64,000 bases of DNA from Dendrobates tinctorius (GCF_039654945.1 NW_027361775.1:39618001-39682000), one strand, 5' to 3'. Counted from the first letter of the stretch, positions 48,151 to 61,725 are shown. Notes: a model not told the origin generated them from the sequence alone. Translations and numbers: made by a program.

Positions 48151-49044
48151 GCTGATACAGTTGAACATGTGATGCCAGGCAGGGGGCTCACCCGACATCA
48201 CAGGCAAAATATTCTCACCCTGCGGGCCAATTTTGTCCTGCAGACCAGAGTTTGACATGTGCTCTAGAGAGTGGTATGAGATAGCTCTTTTTGCAGACGC
48301 CTACCTTTGCCTACCATTTGTCCCAGCCCTTTTTGGCATAAATAATATTTTTTTTCTCCTCCTAATATAATGCACATACACAAAATGACTATTTTCTTTT
48401 AAACATCTCAGCCTTGCTCCTTTTGAAATGGGCTCCATTTTCTGGTCTAAGCCCCCTTTGAATCCTCCATGATAAATACCAGGTCTTGCTAGGTCTAAGT
48501 CTTGGTGTTTTTACTTAAATGAAGGCTCTGCTGATGCCAAAGCCTTTCTGTGAAAGACACATAAACATATCGTTTCACAGATAACATTGCTCCAGCGACA
48601 AATCAAATGCAGAACCAGGGATGCCGGAAGATAAGCAAATCCAAGGCCTTTTGTCTAGTCACCAGTTACCATTGACCTGGACACTAGAACAGAGTCCCAA
48701 AAATTGATCAACTATTTCTAATGTCTACTGGCAGCTTTCTTTCTGTTATAGGTGCATACACAAATTCCAGTAGCTGGAATCACTCCTTGGTACTTTGACT
48801 TACAACATGCTCTGCAGTATGTATGTATACAAAGAGTTACCAGGATTGTGGTAGACTTAGCTGACTACTTTCACTGTTAATGATCAGTGGATATTAGGAG
48901 GGGTTAATTCCCAAATCTCACAATGATCTGCTCTTGTGCTTAAACTACAGGCTGGGAACTATTCTTTTGATTTTAAGTAGTATACAAAAATAATATAGTT
49001 CAAAGAATGGCAGCACTCCAATCATCATATTAAAAACTGAAAAT

Positions 49045-49285
49045 TAGAATTGAGCGAATATGTTCAGAAGCGGTTGCCGAATCTGAATTTGCCATATTTG
49101 TACTATATTAGTGCCCTATTCGTGCCAAATTTATGTTTGATGATAGGTTCCAAACATATTCAGTCATTTCTACTATCATTGACTCCAATGACATTCGTTT
49201 GTATTTGGCGAATAAAACAAAACAAAAACAATATTACCCGCCGATCATAGTCGGAGCCGAATTTTGAAAAATTTGCTCAACTCTA
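49045..49285. mobile_element. Old short hAT-type MITE
   Basis: TAGAATTGAGCGAAT ... ATTTGCTCAACTCTA inverted termini. No intact TSD. Confidence 0.5.
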
Positions 49286-49399
49286 TTGATGATACCTTTA
49301 TTAGTCCACTAGCTGAAGAGCCCGGCATTGCCCAGGCATAGTAACTAACTGTGGTTAGTTATAACAAATTATAATGATTATATTGCACATAAATTGTTG

Positions 49400-49980
49400 C
49401 TGTATGTCATCTTCTCCTGTATATAGTGTATACCTGTGTATCATCTCCTCCTGTATATAGTATATACTTGATTTGTCATCTCCGTCTGTATATAGTATAT
49501 ACCTGTATGTCATCTGCCCTGTATATCGTGTATACCTGTGTGTCATCTCACCTGTATATAGTGTATACCTGTGTGTCATCTCCTACTGTATATAATATAT
49601 ACTTGTATGTCCTCTCCCTTGTATGTAATATATACCTGTATATCATCTCCTCCTGTATATAGTATATACCTGAATGTCATCTCCCCTGTATATAGTAAAT
49701 ACCTGTATGTCATCTCCTCCTGTATATAGTATATACCTGTATGTCATCTCCCCTGTATATACTTGTATGTCATCTCCTCCTGTATATAGTGTATACTTGT
49801 ATGTCATCTCCCATGTTTGTAGTATATACCTGTATGTCATCTCCCTTGTATATGGTATATGCCTGTTTGTCATCTCCTCCTGTATATAGTATATACATGT
49901 ATGTCTTCTCCCCTGTATATTGTATATACCTGTATGTCATCTCCTCTTTATATAGTATACAGTGTGTGTGTGTGTGTGTG
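49400..49980. repeat. ~33-35-bp minisatellite plus (TG)n
   Basis: TGTATGTCATCTCCTCCTGTATATAGTATATACC, about 16 copies, followed by a GT microsatellite. Confidence 0.93.
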
Positions 49981-50164
49981 GTGCGTATGGTGTATAAAGT
50001 GTGTGTGTGTGGATTTTATATCCGAAACGTTGCCACATCACTGGGCAATAAAGTCCACTTTTTTGCATTTCTTTGTGCTGTTTCTCCTTTTTTCAACTTG
50101 TTGTTGGAGCCATATTGTCTGCTGGCTGAGGAAGTGTGCACACTTTTGAGGTATTTGTGCTCAC

Positions 50165-50926
50165 AGCCCAACACCGTGCGGCCCTCCAAAGAAATGCCAC
50201 CCCACACCATTACTGACCCACTGGCAAACCAGTCATGCTGAAGGATGTTGCAGGCAGCAGATCACTCTCCACGGCATTTCCAGACTCTGTCAGCTCTGTC
50301 ACATGTGCTCAGTGTGGACCTGCTTTCTTCTGTGAAGAGCACAGGGTGCCAGTGGCTAATTTGCCAATCCTGGTTTTCTGTGGCAAATGCCAAACATTCT
50401 GCACGGTGTTGGGCTGTGAGCACAACCCCATCTGTGGGCGTCGGGCACTCAGACCATCCTCATGGAGTCGGTCTCTAACCGTTTGTGCAGACACATGCAC
50501 ATTTGTGGCCTGCTGAAGGTCATTTTGCAGGGCTCTGGCAGTGCTCTTCCTGTTCCTCCTTGCACAAAGACAGAGGTAGCTGTCCTGCTGCTGGGTTGTT
50601 GCCCTCCTACGGTCCCCCTCCACGTCTCCTGGTGTACTGGCCTGTCTCCTGGTAGCACCTCCAGCCTCTGGACACTACGCTGACAGACACAGCAAACCTT
50701 GTTGCCACAGCTCGCATTGATGTGCCATCCTGGATAACCTGCACTACCTGAGCCACTTGTGTGGGTTGTAGAGTCCGCCTCATGCTACCACGAGTGTGAA
50801 AGCACAACCAACATTCAAAAGTGACCAAAACATCAGCCAGAAAGTGGACAGTTTGATTTCACAGAAGTTTTATTTACTTAGTTATAGTCTGTTGTTTAAA
50901 TGTTCCCTTTATTTTTTTGAGCAGTG
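50165..50926 (-). mobile_element. Tc1-like transposon fragment (third family) with degraded transposase
   Basis: [63 protein letters not shown]...RRATTQQQD...[15 protein letters not shown]...MVWGGISLEG with frameshifts. Confidence 0.85.
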
Positions 50927-51391
50927 TATATAGATGTCTTATAGCTGCAATGTTTCAATTCCAATCCAGTTGGATCATTGGATTGCTGACATTCTTTGGC
51001 TATATTTGTCAAAGACCTGGTTGAGGTCTTGGGATCTTCACCCATTATTGCCACGGTACTGTTCTTTTTATCAGACTTTTACAAAAATATTAGCTATCAA
51101 AAAATGAATTCTTGGCTGCAATAAATCATAAATAAAGATGAGCGAATATTTCAATGTTCAGTTTGGATTAAGATCACCAAATTTGCAGTATTCACCAATT
51201 TATTAGCTGAATATTCGCCTGTTCCGAAAAGGGGTTTTATGACCGTTGGCCGCACATGGCTATCACACGTGCAGGGGGATTTATCTTAGTTATCCCACCG
51301 CTGCCAACAATGTGACGAAAGCAGTAAGCTAGTCTTGCCCTAACAATTTATCAAAGGGGCTTATTGTAGATATCCCACTGCTGCCACAATA

Positions 51392-52042
51392 TGTCACGAA
51401 CTGCCAGGATTAATGTATATCCCACTTTCCAGTTCCACTTTTGAACTTGCAGCTCTCCGGTGCCCCCCTTACCCTCAGGTCAGTCAGAGAACTGCACCTA
51501 GGATAATTAGTCGCCAGACAGGCTACTTGTTGTGCAATGGCTATGAGGCCTGCTGCAGCGAGGGAATTATAGATGCTTTGGCCGCAGCCACACAATCAGC
51601 TTATAAAACCCGCTCAGTCACTGCCAGCACTACCCACCTTGTCAAAACACACTTTGCTGCCACCAGCTCCAATTCTATATTAATATTACTCATTTAATAA
51701 TAATTAATAAAGGGGTCCAAAGCCAATCCAAATTAGTAGCGTAATTGTCTTCAGGCATGTATGAATTCGTTACAAAGCAAGGAGACAGAACTAATAAATT
51801 TTATATTTACTCCAAAAAAAGGTAGGCAGTGTTTACAGAAAATATAAAAAGGATTTTACAAAATGAGACAATTAAAAGTATATACAATGCGAGTTACAAA
51901 ATAAAGAGGATGAAAACAGTAAATGAACACTCACATGATGCTTAGATCATTTCAGGCAGAACCATACTGGGGGAGGAGGAGCCAGATGTCACAATGCATT
52001 TGAGATCTTGGAGCCACAGCATCCCAGGCTAGCAGTGACTGC
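51392..52042. mobile_element. Possible LTR fragment
   Basis: Starts TGTCACG next to Gypsy relics. No second copy or TSD visible. Confidence 0.3.
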
Positions 52043-52946
52043 TGTTATGAATGGGTCACCGAGGAGGATAGCAGGCCCAGGCTAAGCCACAGAAAACTAG
52101 AGAGGTTGGTAAGTAAGCGGATGCAGACCCCTGATCCTGTCCACACAACTAGCAGTAGCCGTGATCCTAGACGCCTCGGCGCTGCTGGAGAGCTAACTAA
52201 GCCTAAAACAATAAAGGGGAAATCTAAACTGCACCGGAGCAGACCCCAAAGGAATAGATAGCCCCCAAACATATATTGTCAGTGAGACAAGATGAAAACA
52301 CAAACGCAGGCAGAAAAATAGACTGGACAAGCGATGGGGCCCACACTGACTAGACAGGACAGGAAAGGAAAGACACTGTCTGCAATCATGCAAAAAACCT
52401 GCAAGAAGTCCAACATGTCTGATGCACAAAAACACTGAAGTCGCACACCTTCGCCCCCACTATATCAGCACTCTGGTACATTGTTAAAGCAAAGCAAAAA
52501 GAGACCAATATAACCGAGGACAAAACAAACTGGTATATGCAATAACATATGGGCGGTGATTCAGCAAAGCCCCAGCCGGAGCTGGCTGACCCGCACAAAG
52601 CAGAGATAGACAAAACCAGATCAAATGCAAACAGAATAGCAAATGAACCACTTAGCTGAACATGCAGGGACAGAGCAGGAGACATCAGACCTCAGGAGGC
52701 ACAGGAAGAAAATCACCAGCAGGGATAGAGGGAGTCAGCTGTCTTAAATCCCAATCTGAAACCCCAGATCTCCAATTGTCTTCCTCATTATCAGGTGGCA
52801 AGCCTCTGTCAATCAGATTAGCTCCACTACCTCCAGTAACCACCAGAGGGGGCCCAGAAAGAGAACTTGCAACCCCTCTGTCGATCTGACCAGTTCCACT
52901 ACCTTCAGTAATCACCAGAGGGAAGCCAGAGAGAGAATTCACAACA
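52043..52946. mobile_element. Probable solo LTR
   Basis: Termini TGTTATGAAT...ATTCACAACA with a ~70-bp duplication near the right end. No matching TSD. Confidence 0.6.
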
Positions 52947-52959
52947 CATGTCCCCTATA

Positions 52960-53520
52960 TTGGCCCCAAGGTCCCTTGTGTTGTAGCTATTAAATGTTGG
53001 CAGTGCCAAGGGCCCGGACATTTGGCTGCCCACTGACCCCTAAAAAATGAGCCCATGGACTGCAGGTTCATTTGCCGAGTTCCTATGTACGCCCAGCCCA
53101 TCTGCACCACAACTACAGGCAATGCCAGCAGCCAACCCCAACTGTGCCTGGTACTCATCAATGGGTGCCAGACGGAGGCTCTATTGGATTTGGGGATCTT
53201 AGTGACTATGGTCCATGGGTCCCTTGTTGCTGGGAACAACCCCAGTGGATGTAAAGTGGGGGTAGTATGTATCCATGGAGAACTACCGAGAGAACCAAAG
53301 TGCTGAGGTTACTTTTTCCACATCGCGTGGGGACATCAAACATGTGGTGGGAGAAGTGAAGACCCTTCCATATGAGACTGTGTTGGGAAGAGACTTGCCC
53401 CTGTTTTGGTCCCTGTGGGAGACCAGGGTTAACCCTCCCAAGGTAAATGTTATTCCGGGTGCAGAACCCGAAGATCCCGAGTCAGGGATACCTGCCATAG
53501 GAGGTCGCCAAGCTTGGGAC
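52960..53520 (+). pseudogene. Gmr1-like Gypsy zinc knuckle and protease relic
   Basis: KCWQCQGPGHLAAH, INGCQTEALLDLG.LVTMV, VVCIHG, LGRDLPLF. Homologous to 54360-54990 on the opposite strand. Confidence 0.8.
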
Positions 53521-53534
53521 AGTGTGTTATCCCA

Positions 53535-55490
53535 ATAGGTTTTCTGGAGTGGGCATTAGTGCCATCACCCGGTCCCCTTCTTTAAAGACCCTGGCTCTTT
53601 TATTATACCTGGAGCTCTGCATGGCCTGAGCATCCATTGGATGCTCCTTTACTATGAGCCGTACTGCCACAATTTGGTCCTGCATGCTTGCCACATGCTC
53701 GATGACACTCTTATGTGGTGTGGTCTCCTGTTCCCATGCCTCCTTAGCTACATCAAGCAGTCCCCTCGGTTGCCTGCCATGCAATAGCTCAAATGGTATG
53801 AACCCCATGGACGCCTGCGGTACCTCATGGATAGCGAACATCAGATAGGGCAGTGTCCCAATCTCTCCCGTCCTTGGCGACCACCTTTCTTAGCACGGAC
53901 TTAAGGGTTTTATTAAACCTCTTCACTAACCCGTCAGTTTGTCGGTGGTACACCGACATGTGTAGCTGTTTGTTCTGGAGCAGCTTACATAGCTCCCTGG
54001 TCACCTTGGACATAAAAGGAAACCCCTATTCAGTAAGGATCTCCTTTGGCAACCCAAGGCAATAAAACATTGCAAACATCTTGCGGGCAATTAACTTGAC
54101 CTAGGTGTGGCGAAATGGTATCGCCTCGGGGTACTGTATGGCATAATTCACTGTGACCAGTATATGTGGGTGGCCCCGGGTGGATTTCACTATGGGGTCT
54201 ACCAGATCCATTGCTATCAGCTCAAATAGTACCTCAATGATGGGCAATCGTACCAATGGACTCTGGTAGGTTGTGGTCGGTGGTCGGTACCTCTGGACCT
54301 CTGCGTAGACCCCAGGCCAAAAAAAGCTGCAGGGTGGGAATCTGGAACTGAGCTGTCCCGAACTTACCAGGTGACACCTCCAGCTCAGGGATCGGTGGGC
54401 TCTCCTCAACTTCTCCTGCCAATACCTCTAGGGGAACCTATCAGGGTTACACTCTGTCCCTAGATTGATGACCCCCTATGGCAGGTATCCCTGACTCGGC
54501 ATCTTTGGGTACTACACCCGGAATACCAGTTACTCTGGGAAGGTTAACCTGTTTCCCACAGGGCCCAGAACAGGGTTAAGTCTCTTCCCAAGAGTCTTTA
54601 CCACTTCCGCAACATGTTTTATCTCTCCACACGGGGTGGAAAACATAACCTCTGCAGTTGGATACACTCAGAGATCCCCATGTATGCACTCCACCCCCAC
54701 CGTCCATCCATAAGGATTGTCCCCAGCAAACAGGAACCCATGCACCAGGGTCCCCAAGCTCCTCAGATCCAAGATAGCATCCACCGGTACCCATTAACGA
54801 GTACCTGGCACAGCTGAAGTTCGCTACTGGCAGGGCCTGTAGTGGAAGTGCAGACTGGCTGGGCATACATAGACATACGGTGCGTATACCCGCAGTCCAT
54901 TGGTTCTGCTGTTAGGGGGCAGTTGGCAGCCACATGTCCAGGCCCTTGGCAATGCCAACACTTAACACCTGCGACACAAGGGAACCGTGGGGCTTATTTA
55001 GGGGACACGGGTCGGTTGTCACTCCGAGATATCCCCCCAGTATGGGCATGATCAGTATTGGCCACGGTGAAGGGTCATGGAATTATCCTGGGCTCCTGGA
55101 TCGGCAGGGCCTTATGTGACAGCTGAAGTGGAGCAGTGTTTTCCGTATAAAGTCCTGAGTGGCTGTATACCGCTCAAACAGTCCTACCACCTGGTCCAGA
55201 GAGCCCAGGTCACCTTACCCCACCCAACACTGTGTGGCAGCTAGCAGAGCCCTCACCAGTCGGTCAACTGCCACCCTCTCTACCATCTGGAATGGAGTTA
55301 ATGTCTCAGGCTGGAGCCATTTTTTAACTAGTTGCAGCAAGTCATAGGCCTGAGATCGGGCAGGGCGAGTCTCCTAAAATGTCCACTGGAACATCCGTTG
55401 GGCCCGCACATATATATTAACCCCCAGTCTGGCAAGAAACCTTTCAGCTTCCCATAGTCCAGGGCATCGTCCCGACTGAAGTCCAGGTAG
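53535..55490 (-). pseudogene. Gmr1-like Gypsy relic: SCAN-like gag, zinc knuckle, protease, integrase
   Basis: RPARSQAYDLLQLVKKWLQPETLTP (SCAN-like) and KCWHCQGPGHVAANCP. The protease is followed directly by integrase (LPIIEVLFELIAMDLV...YPEAIP, SVYHRQTDGLVKRFNKTLK, EVPQASMGFIPFELLHGRQPRG), the PR-INT order typical of Gmr1. Confidence 0.85.
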
Positions 55491-56655
55491 ACCCTTGGAC
55501 ATGTTAGTGTCCAAGACAGAGGTAGGGAAAACCTGCACTGGATGTGTATGAAACAGATTGCAGTATGATAGTAGTTTGTGCAGTCTGTTCTATTCCGGAC
55601 CCAGGTTTTCCATGGTTTCTGTGATAAAAACCCTGCAGGAAAGGGTTAGTGAAATCTGAGAAGGTCTGAGTGAGTGCTTAGTAAGTCTCAGGTGCGTCAG
55701 GGTCAGAGAGAGGCCTGGCAACTCACCATGTACACAGAGATGCAAGTCGTTCACGGTGACTGGTCTCGGATGTGTACAGTCCTGTGCCTGGAGGTGAACC
55801 GAAGGTGGATGTCCTGTGACCGAAAGACGACTGGCGTGTGTAACTATTGCAAAACAGGGGGATATGGTGCCCGGCTGTGATCCAGAGGATATCCTGCACT
55901 GTGTATGGCTGTGTGAGTAAAGAGACTGTGATGTAGCGGTGCAAGACACCCAAGGGAACTAGTCAGAGAAGGTCTAGCGTGTGTAGTGCCTGCAACATGT
56001 AATTTTGTGTGAATAGAGTCTTGGATACGCCGCATAGACACCCACGTGAACTAATCAGAGGAAGACTGGCATGTTTAGTGTCTGTTAAATGAAGAATACC
56101 ATATAATATACAGTTTATTCTGAAAATGATGAAAAGGATACAAATTATATGCACTGAAGTTATATGCACTTGTGTGGATTAGACTTTTATGTGTGAATCT
56201 AACACATCAAAGAGACTTTTGTGTTTGAATTTGGTGGGTCACTGCCTCTTCACTGCATTCAGTGCTACCGCTGCCTTACACCCACCTATTCTGCCCCTAT
56301 CGCTGCAGCAACTCTCCCTACACTGATGATTCTGGAGCTGACTGGGACGAGCAGGGCACCGCCAGGTCTGATATAGACTGTGTAGCCAGCCAATCACTGT
56401 AATGCCACAACCAACATGGCTGTGGCATTGCAATGCAAGGCAAGCAATCTCTGCATGTTGATTGATGCTCTACAGAGTGTTCCCACGCAGTGATAGTTTA
56501 AATGCATGATGGACACAGTCCGTTCTGTTTCGGGAACTGACACCCGGCCATGATGGAATATGTCCAACACTGGATGTTAATTGTTAAGGTGTTAAGCATT
56601 CCTTTGCTTTTGGTTTTATTTTACATCAATAACTTTGCAGAAAGCTGATAATTAA

Positions 56656-57837
56656 CCCCTTAAGGACCAGAGGTATTTTTTGCTTAGCATTTTCAGCCAT
56701 AACATTTTTACTTTTTGGATAAAATGGCCATGTGAAATCTTGTTTTTTGCAGGGCAAGTTGTACTTTTGAATGACATAATTGGTTTTACCATGTCGTGTA
56801 CTTGGAAACAGGAATAAAAATTCCCAAGGGCGGTGAAATTGCAAAAAAAGTGCAATCACATAGTTGTTTTTTGTGGATTTTTTACACCATGTTCACTAAA
56901 TGCTAAAACTAACCTGACATAATGATTCTCCAGGTCATTACAATTTCACAGATTCCAAACACGTCTAGGTTCTTTTTTATTTACGTGGTGAAAAAAAAAT
57001 TCCAAAGTTTGTTAAAAAAAATTGCACCATTTTTCCGATAACCATAGCGTCTCTATTTTTCATGATCTCGGGTTGGGTGAGGGCTTATTTTTTTGCATGC
57101 AGAGCTGACGTTTTTAATGATACCATGTTGATCTTTTGATTGCCTGTTATTGCGTTTTAACGCAGTGTTGTTGCAACCAGAAAAACATAATTCTGGCGTT
57201 TTGATTTTTTTTCTTGTTACGCTGTCTAGCGATTGGGTAAATTCTTTTTTATTTTAATAGACCGGGAAATTCTGAATGTGGCGATACCAAATATGTGTAT
57301 GTTTGATTTTTTTTTTAATTGCTTTATTTTGAATGGGGCAAAAGGGAGGTGATTTAAACTTTTATATTTTTTTATTTTTTAAAACTTTTTTTACTTTTTG
57401 CATGCTTCAATAGTCTCTATAGAAGACTAGAAGCTGCACTTTTCTGATCGTCTCTGCTACATACAGGCGATGATCAGATCGCCTGGATGTAGCCGAATTG
57501 CTGACTTGCTATGAGCGCCGACCACCGGGCGACCACTATAGAGGTCTGCAGGAGACATCTGGTTGTCATGCCAACCCATTGGTGACCCGCAATCAAGTGA
57601 GGGGGTCACCGATGGGCGCGATTTCCAGAAGCACATGTTAAATGCCGCTGTCAGAGTTTGACAGTGGCATTTAACAAGTTAATAGACGTGGGTGGAGCGC
57701 GATTCCACCCGCGGGTGTTTTGGGTACATGTCAGCTGTTCAAAACAGATGGGAAAGATGTGGGCTCACCGCTGGAGCCCACATCAAAGGGAGAGAGTCTG
57801 ACATCGATGTACATTTAAGCCCGATGTCGGAAAGGGG
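56656..57837 (-). mobile_element. TTAA-flanked piggyBac-like MITE (~1.18 kb)
   Basis: TTAA|CCCCTT ... AAGGGG|TTAA (TSD 56652-56655 and 57838-57841). The right end reverse-complements to CCCCTTTCCGACATC, like the start at 32481. Confidence 0.85.
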
Positions 57838-57867
57838 TTAATGGCAGAGCTGTATTTTATTACTAAA

Positions 57868-57942
57868 CTAGCCAAAATAGACTGGCATTGCCTGGGCACA
57901 GTAACTAACTACGGTTAGTTATAACAAATTGTAATGATTATA
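57868..57942 (-). mobile_element. Helitron-like 3' end fragment
   Basis: Homologous to 49309-49383 (CTAG..GGCATTGCC.GGGCA.AGTAACTAACT..GGTTAGTTATAACAAATT). Confidence 0.6.
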
Positions 57943-58007
57943 TCTATAGATATAAAGCTGAGTGTAGAGCCAGTCCACTCCACATAGCCACATTCACTTT
58001 AATAGCT

Positions 58008-58450
58008 ACCGGACTACCACTAATATCCCACATCGTCCCGTCAGCCAGAGCCACCGGACTATTACCACTAATATCCCACATCATCCCGTCAGAGCCATCG
58101 GACTACTACCCCTAATATCCCACATCATCCTGTCAAAGCCATCGGACTACTACGCCTAATATCCCACATCATCCCATCAGCCAGAGCCACCGGACAACTA
58201 CCACTAATATCCCACATCATCCCATCACAGCTGCCGGACTACTACCACTAATATCCCATATCATCCCATCAGAACCACCGGACTACTACCCCTAATATCC
58301 CACATCATTCTGTCACAGCCACCGGACTACTACCCCTAATATCCCACATCTTCCCTTCAGCCAGAGCCACCGGACCACTACCCCCAATATCCAACATCAT
58401 CCCGTCAGCCAGTGCCACCAAACTGCTACCCTTAATATCCCACATCATCC
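58008..58450. repeat. ~43-47-bp tandem repeat, ~10 copies
   Basis: CCGGACTACTACCCCTAATATCCCACATCATCCCGTCAGAGCCA. Confidence 0.92.
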
Positions 58451-58457
58451 AGTAAGC

Positions 58458-58937
58458 ATGGGGTCAGAACCAGAGCGCTGAGTGGAACAGTCTAACTTCC
58501 ATACCGAGGATCCCTTTAAGAGAGGCCTGGCATCAGAACCAGAGCGCTGAGTGGATTTGCCCTGATTTCCATACCAATGATCCCTTTAATAGAAGCCTGG
58601 GGTGATAATCAGAGCGTTGAGGGATTTACCCTAAATTCCATACCAGAGATCCCTTTAAGAGAGACCTGAGGTCAGTACCAAAGTGCAGTTTGGATTTGCC
58701 CTCACTTCCATACCGGGGATCCCTTTAAGAGGGGCCTAGGATCAGAATCAGAGCACAGAGTGGATTTGCCCTCACTTTCATACCGGGGATCCCTTTAAGA
58801 GGGGCCTGGGGTCAGAACCAGGGTGCTGAGTGGAATAGCCCTAGCTTCCATACCCATGATCCCTTTATGAGAGACTGGGGTCAGAACCAGAGCACTGAGT
58901 GGATTTACCCTGACTTGCATACCAATGATCCCTTTAA
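58458..58937. repeat. ~70-bp tandem repeat, ~7 copies
   Basis: GGGGTCAGAACCAGAGCGCTGAGTGGATTTGCCCT.ACTTCCATACC.GGGATCCCTTTAAGAGAGGCCT. The last unit is interrupted at its TTAA. Confidence 0.92.
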
Positions 58938-60384
58938 CCCCTTACCTACAATGGACGTAATATTCCGTCCATGTGACCCTGGACCTAATTCCCATGGATG
59001 GAATATTACATCACAGCGATCAGCAGCGCCCACGTGGTGAGCGCCGCTGATCGCGGCCGGGTGTCAGCTGATTATCACAGCTGACATCTGGCACAATATG
59101 TCAGGGGCGGTCACGGACCGCCCCCGACACGTTAACCCCTTGCACACCGCGATCAAACACGATCGCGGTGTACCGGGGGTTAAAGGGAAGCATCGGCAGG
59201 GAGGGGGCTCCCTCCATGCTTCCCTGAGCCCCCCACAGCAGCGCAATGTGCAGCGCTGCTGCGGGGGTCTCTTTCCCTACAGGTCCCGGATCCAAGATGG
59301 CAACGGGGACCTTCGGGGGCCTGTAGGGAGCTGACTTCCTCAGTGCCTGCAAAGCGCAGGCATGAGGAAGTCTACATCTATGCCTGTGACAGATTGCTGA
59401 TCTGTCACTGTGATCTGTGATGTGACAGATCAGCGATCTGTCACAGGACAGTGATGTCCCCCCTGGGACAACCTAATAAAGTTAAAAAAAAGTGTAAAAA
59501 TAATTTTAAAAAATCGCTAAATAAATTAGAAAAAAAAATATTCCCAAATAAATTCATTTTTTGGAAATAAAAAAAAAACAATAAAAGTACACATATTTGG
59601 TATCGCCGCGTCCGTAACGACCTGCCCTATAAAACCGTCCCATTAGTTAACCCCTTTAGCGAACCCCTTAAAAATTATAAATAAAAAACAAAGCAAAAAA
59701 TAATGATTTATTATCATACCGCCGAACAAAAAGTGTAATAATGCGCGATCAAAAAGATTCATATAAATATCCATGGTACCAATGAAAACCTCAACATGTC
59801 CCGCAAAAAATGAGCCACAATACAGCATCATCAGCGAAAAAATAAAAAAGTTAAAGCTCGCAGAATAAAGCGATGCAAAAATAATTATTTTTTATATAAA
59901 ATAGTTTTCATTGCATAAAACCGCCAAAACATAAAAAAAGACATAAATGAGGTATCGCTGTAACCGTACCGACCCGAAGAATAAAACCGCTTTATCAATT
60001 TTACTGCACACGGAACGGTGTAAACGCCCCCCCCAAAAGAAATTCATGAAACGCTGGTTTTTGTTCATTCTGCGTCCCAAAAATCGGAATAAAAAGCGAT
60101 CAAAAGATGACAAGTGCCCGAAAATGATACCAATAAAAACGTCAATTCGTCCCACAAAAAATAAGACCTCAGATGACTCAGTGGGTCAAAATACGGAAAA
60201 ATTGTATCTCTCAATATGTGGTGATGCAAAAACTATTTTTACAATAAAAAGCGTCTTTTAGCCTATGACAGCTGCCAAACATAAAAACCTGCTATAAATA
60301 GTAAATCAAACCCCCCGTTATCACCCCCTTAGTTACGGAAAAATAATAAAATTAAAAGAAAATGTATTTATTTCCATTTTCCCA

Positions 60385-60475
60385 TTAGGGCTAGGGCTAG
60401 GGTTAGGGCTAGGGCTAGGGTTAGGGCTAGGGTTGGGGCTGAGATTAGGGTTATGGGTGTGTTGGGGTTAGGGTT
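60385..60475 (+). repeat. Telomere-like (TTAGGG/CTAGGG)n tract inside the transposon
   Basis: TTAGGGCTAGGGCTAGGGTTAGGGCTAGGG... Confidence 0.9.
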
Positions 60476-61725
60476 GGAGTAGAATTGGAGGTTTCCACTG
60501 TTTGGGCACATCAGGTGCTCTCCAAATGCAACATGGCGTCGGATCTCAATTCCGGCCAATTCTGCGTTGAAAAAGTCAAATGGTGCTCCTTCCCTTCCAA
60601 GCTCTGCCATGCGCCCAAACAGTGTTTTACCCCCACATATAGGGTATCAGCCTACTCAGGACAAATTGCAAAACAACTTTTGGGGTCCAATTTCTCCTGT
60701 TACCGTTAGGAAAATAAAAAATTAGGGGCAAAAATATCATTTTTGTGGAAAAAAATGATTTATTTATTTTCACGCCCAGGCGTTATAAACTTCTGTGAAT
60801 CTCTTGGGGGTTCAAAGTGCTCTCCACACATCTAGATAAGTTCCGTGGGGGGGTCTAGTTTCCAAAATGGGGTCACTTATGGGGAGTTTCAATAGTTTAG
60901 GTACATCATAGACTCTCGAAATGCACATGACACCCGCAGACCATTCCATCAAAGTCTGCATTCCAAAACGTCACTACTTCCCTTCCGAGCCCCGACGTGT
61001 GCCCATACAGTAGTTTTCTCCCACATATGAGGTATCAGCGTACTCAGGACAAATTCGCCAACAACTTTTGGGGTCCAATTTCTCCTGGTACCCTTGGGAA
61101 AATAAAAAAATTGGGGACTAATTGATCATGTTTGTGGAAAGAATACGATTTTTTTATTTTCATGCCCGGGCATTATAAACTTCTGTGAAGCCCTTGGGGG
61201 TTCAAAGTGCTCACCACACATCTAGATAAGTTACTTAGGGGATCTAGTTTCCAAAATGGGGTCACTTGTGGGGGGTTTCCACTGTTTAGGTACATCAAGG
61301 GCTCTCCAAAAGCAACATGACACCCGCAGACCATTCCATCAAAGTCTGCATTCCAAAACGTCACTACTTCCCTTCCGAGCCCCGACGTGTGCCCATACAG
61401 TAGTTTTCTCCCACATATGAGGTATCAGCGTACTCAGGACAAATTGGACAACAACATTTGGGGTCCAATTTCTCTTGGTACCCTTGGGAAAATAAAAAAA
61501 TTGGGGACTAATTGATCATGTTTGTGGAAAAAATATGATTTTTTTATTTTCATGCCCGGGCATTATAAACTTCTGTGAAGCCCTTGGGAGTTCAAAGTGC
61601 TCTCCACACAACTAGATAAGTTCCTTCGGGGTCTAGTTTCCAAAATGGTGTCATTTGTGGGGGGTTTCCACTGTTTTGGTACATCAGGGGCTTTCCAAAC
61701 GCGACATGGTGTCCAATCTCAATTC

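Larger units (their letters stand above)
49309..50934 (-). mobile_element. Non-autonomous Helitron-like element
   Basis: On the minus strand it starts A|TCTATATA (50934) and ends with hairpin GCCTGGGCAATGCCGGGC followed by TCTTCAG-CTAG|T (49309). This gives TC...CTAG between A and T with no TSD. A homologous end lies at 57868. Confidence 0.6.

Noticed and set aside
55674-55880. CNYCKTGGYGARL zinc-knuckle-like ORF
   Set aside because: His and the final Cys are missing and there is no supporting gag context. At most a decayed retroelement scrap.
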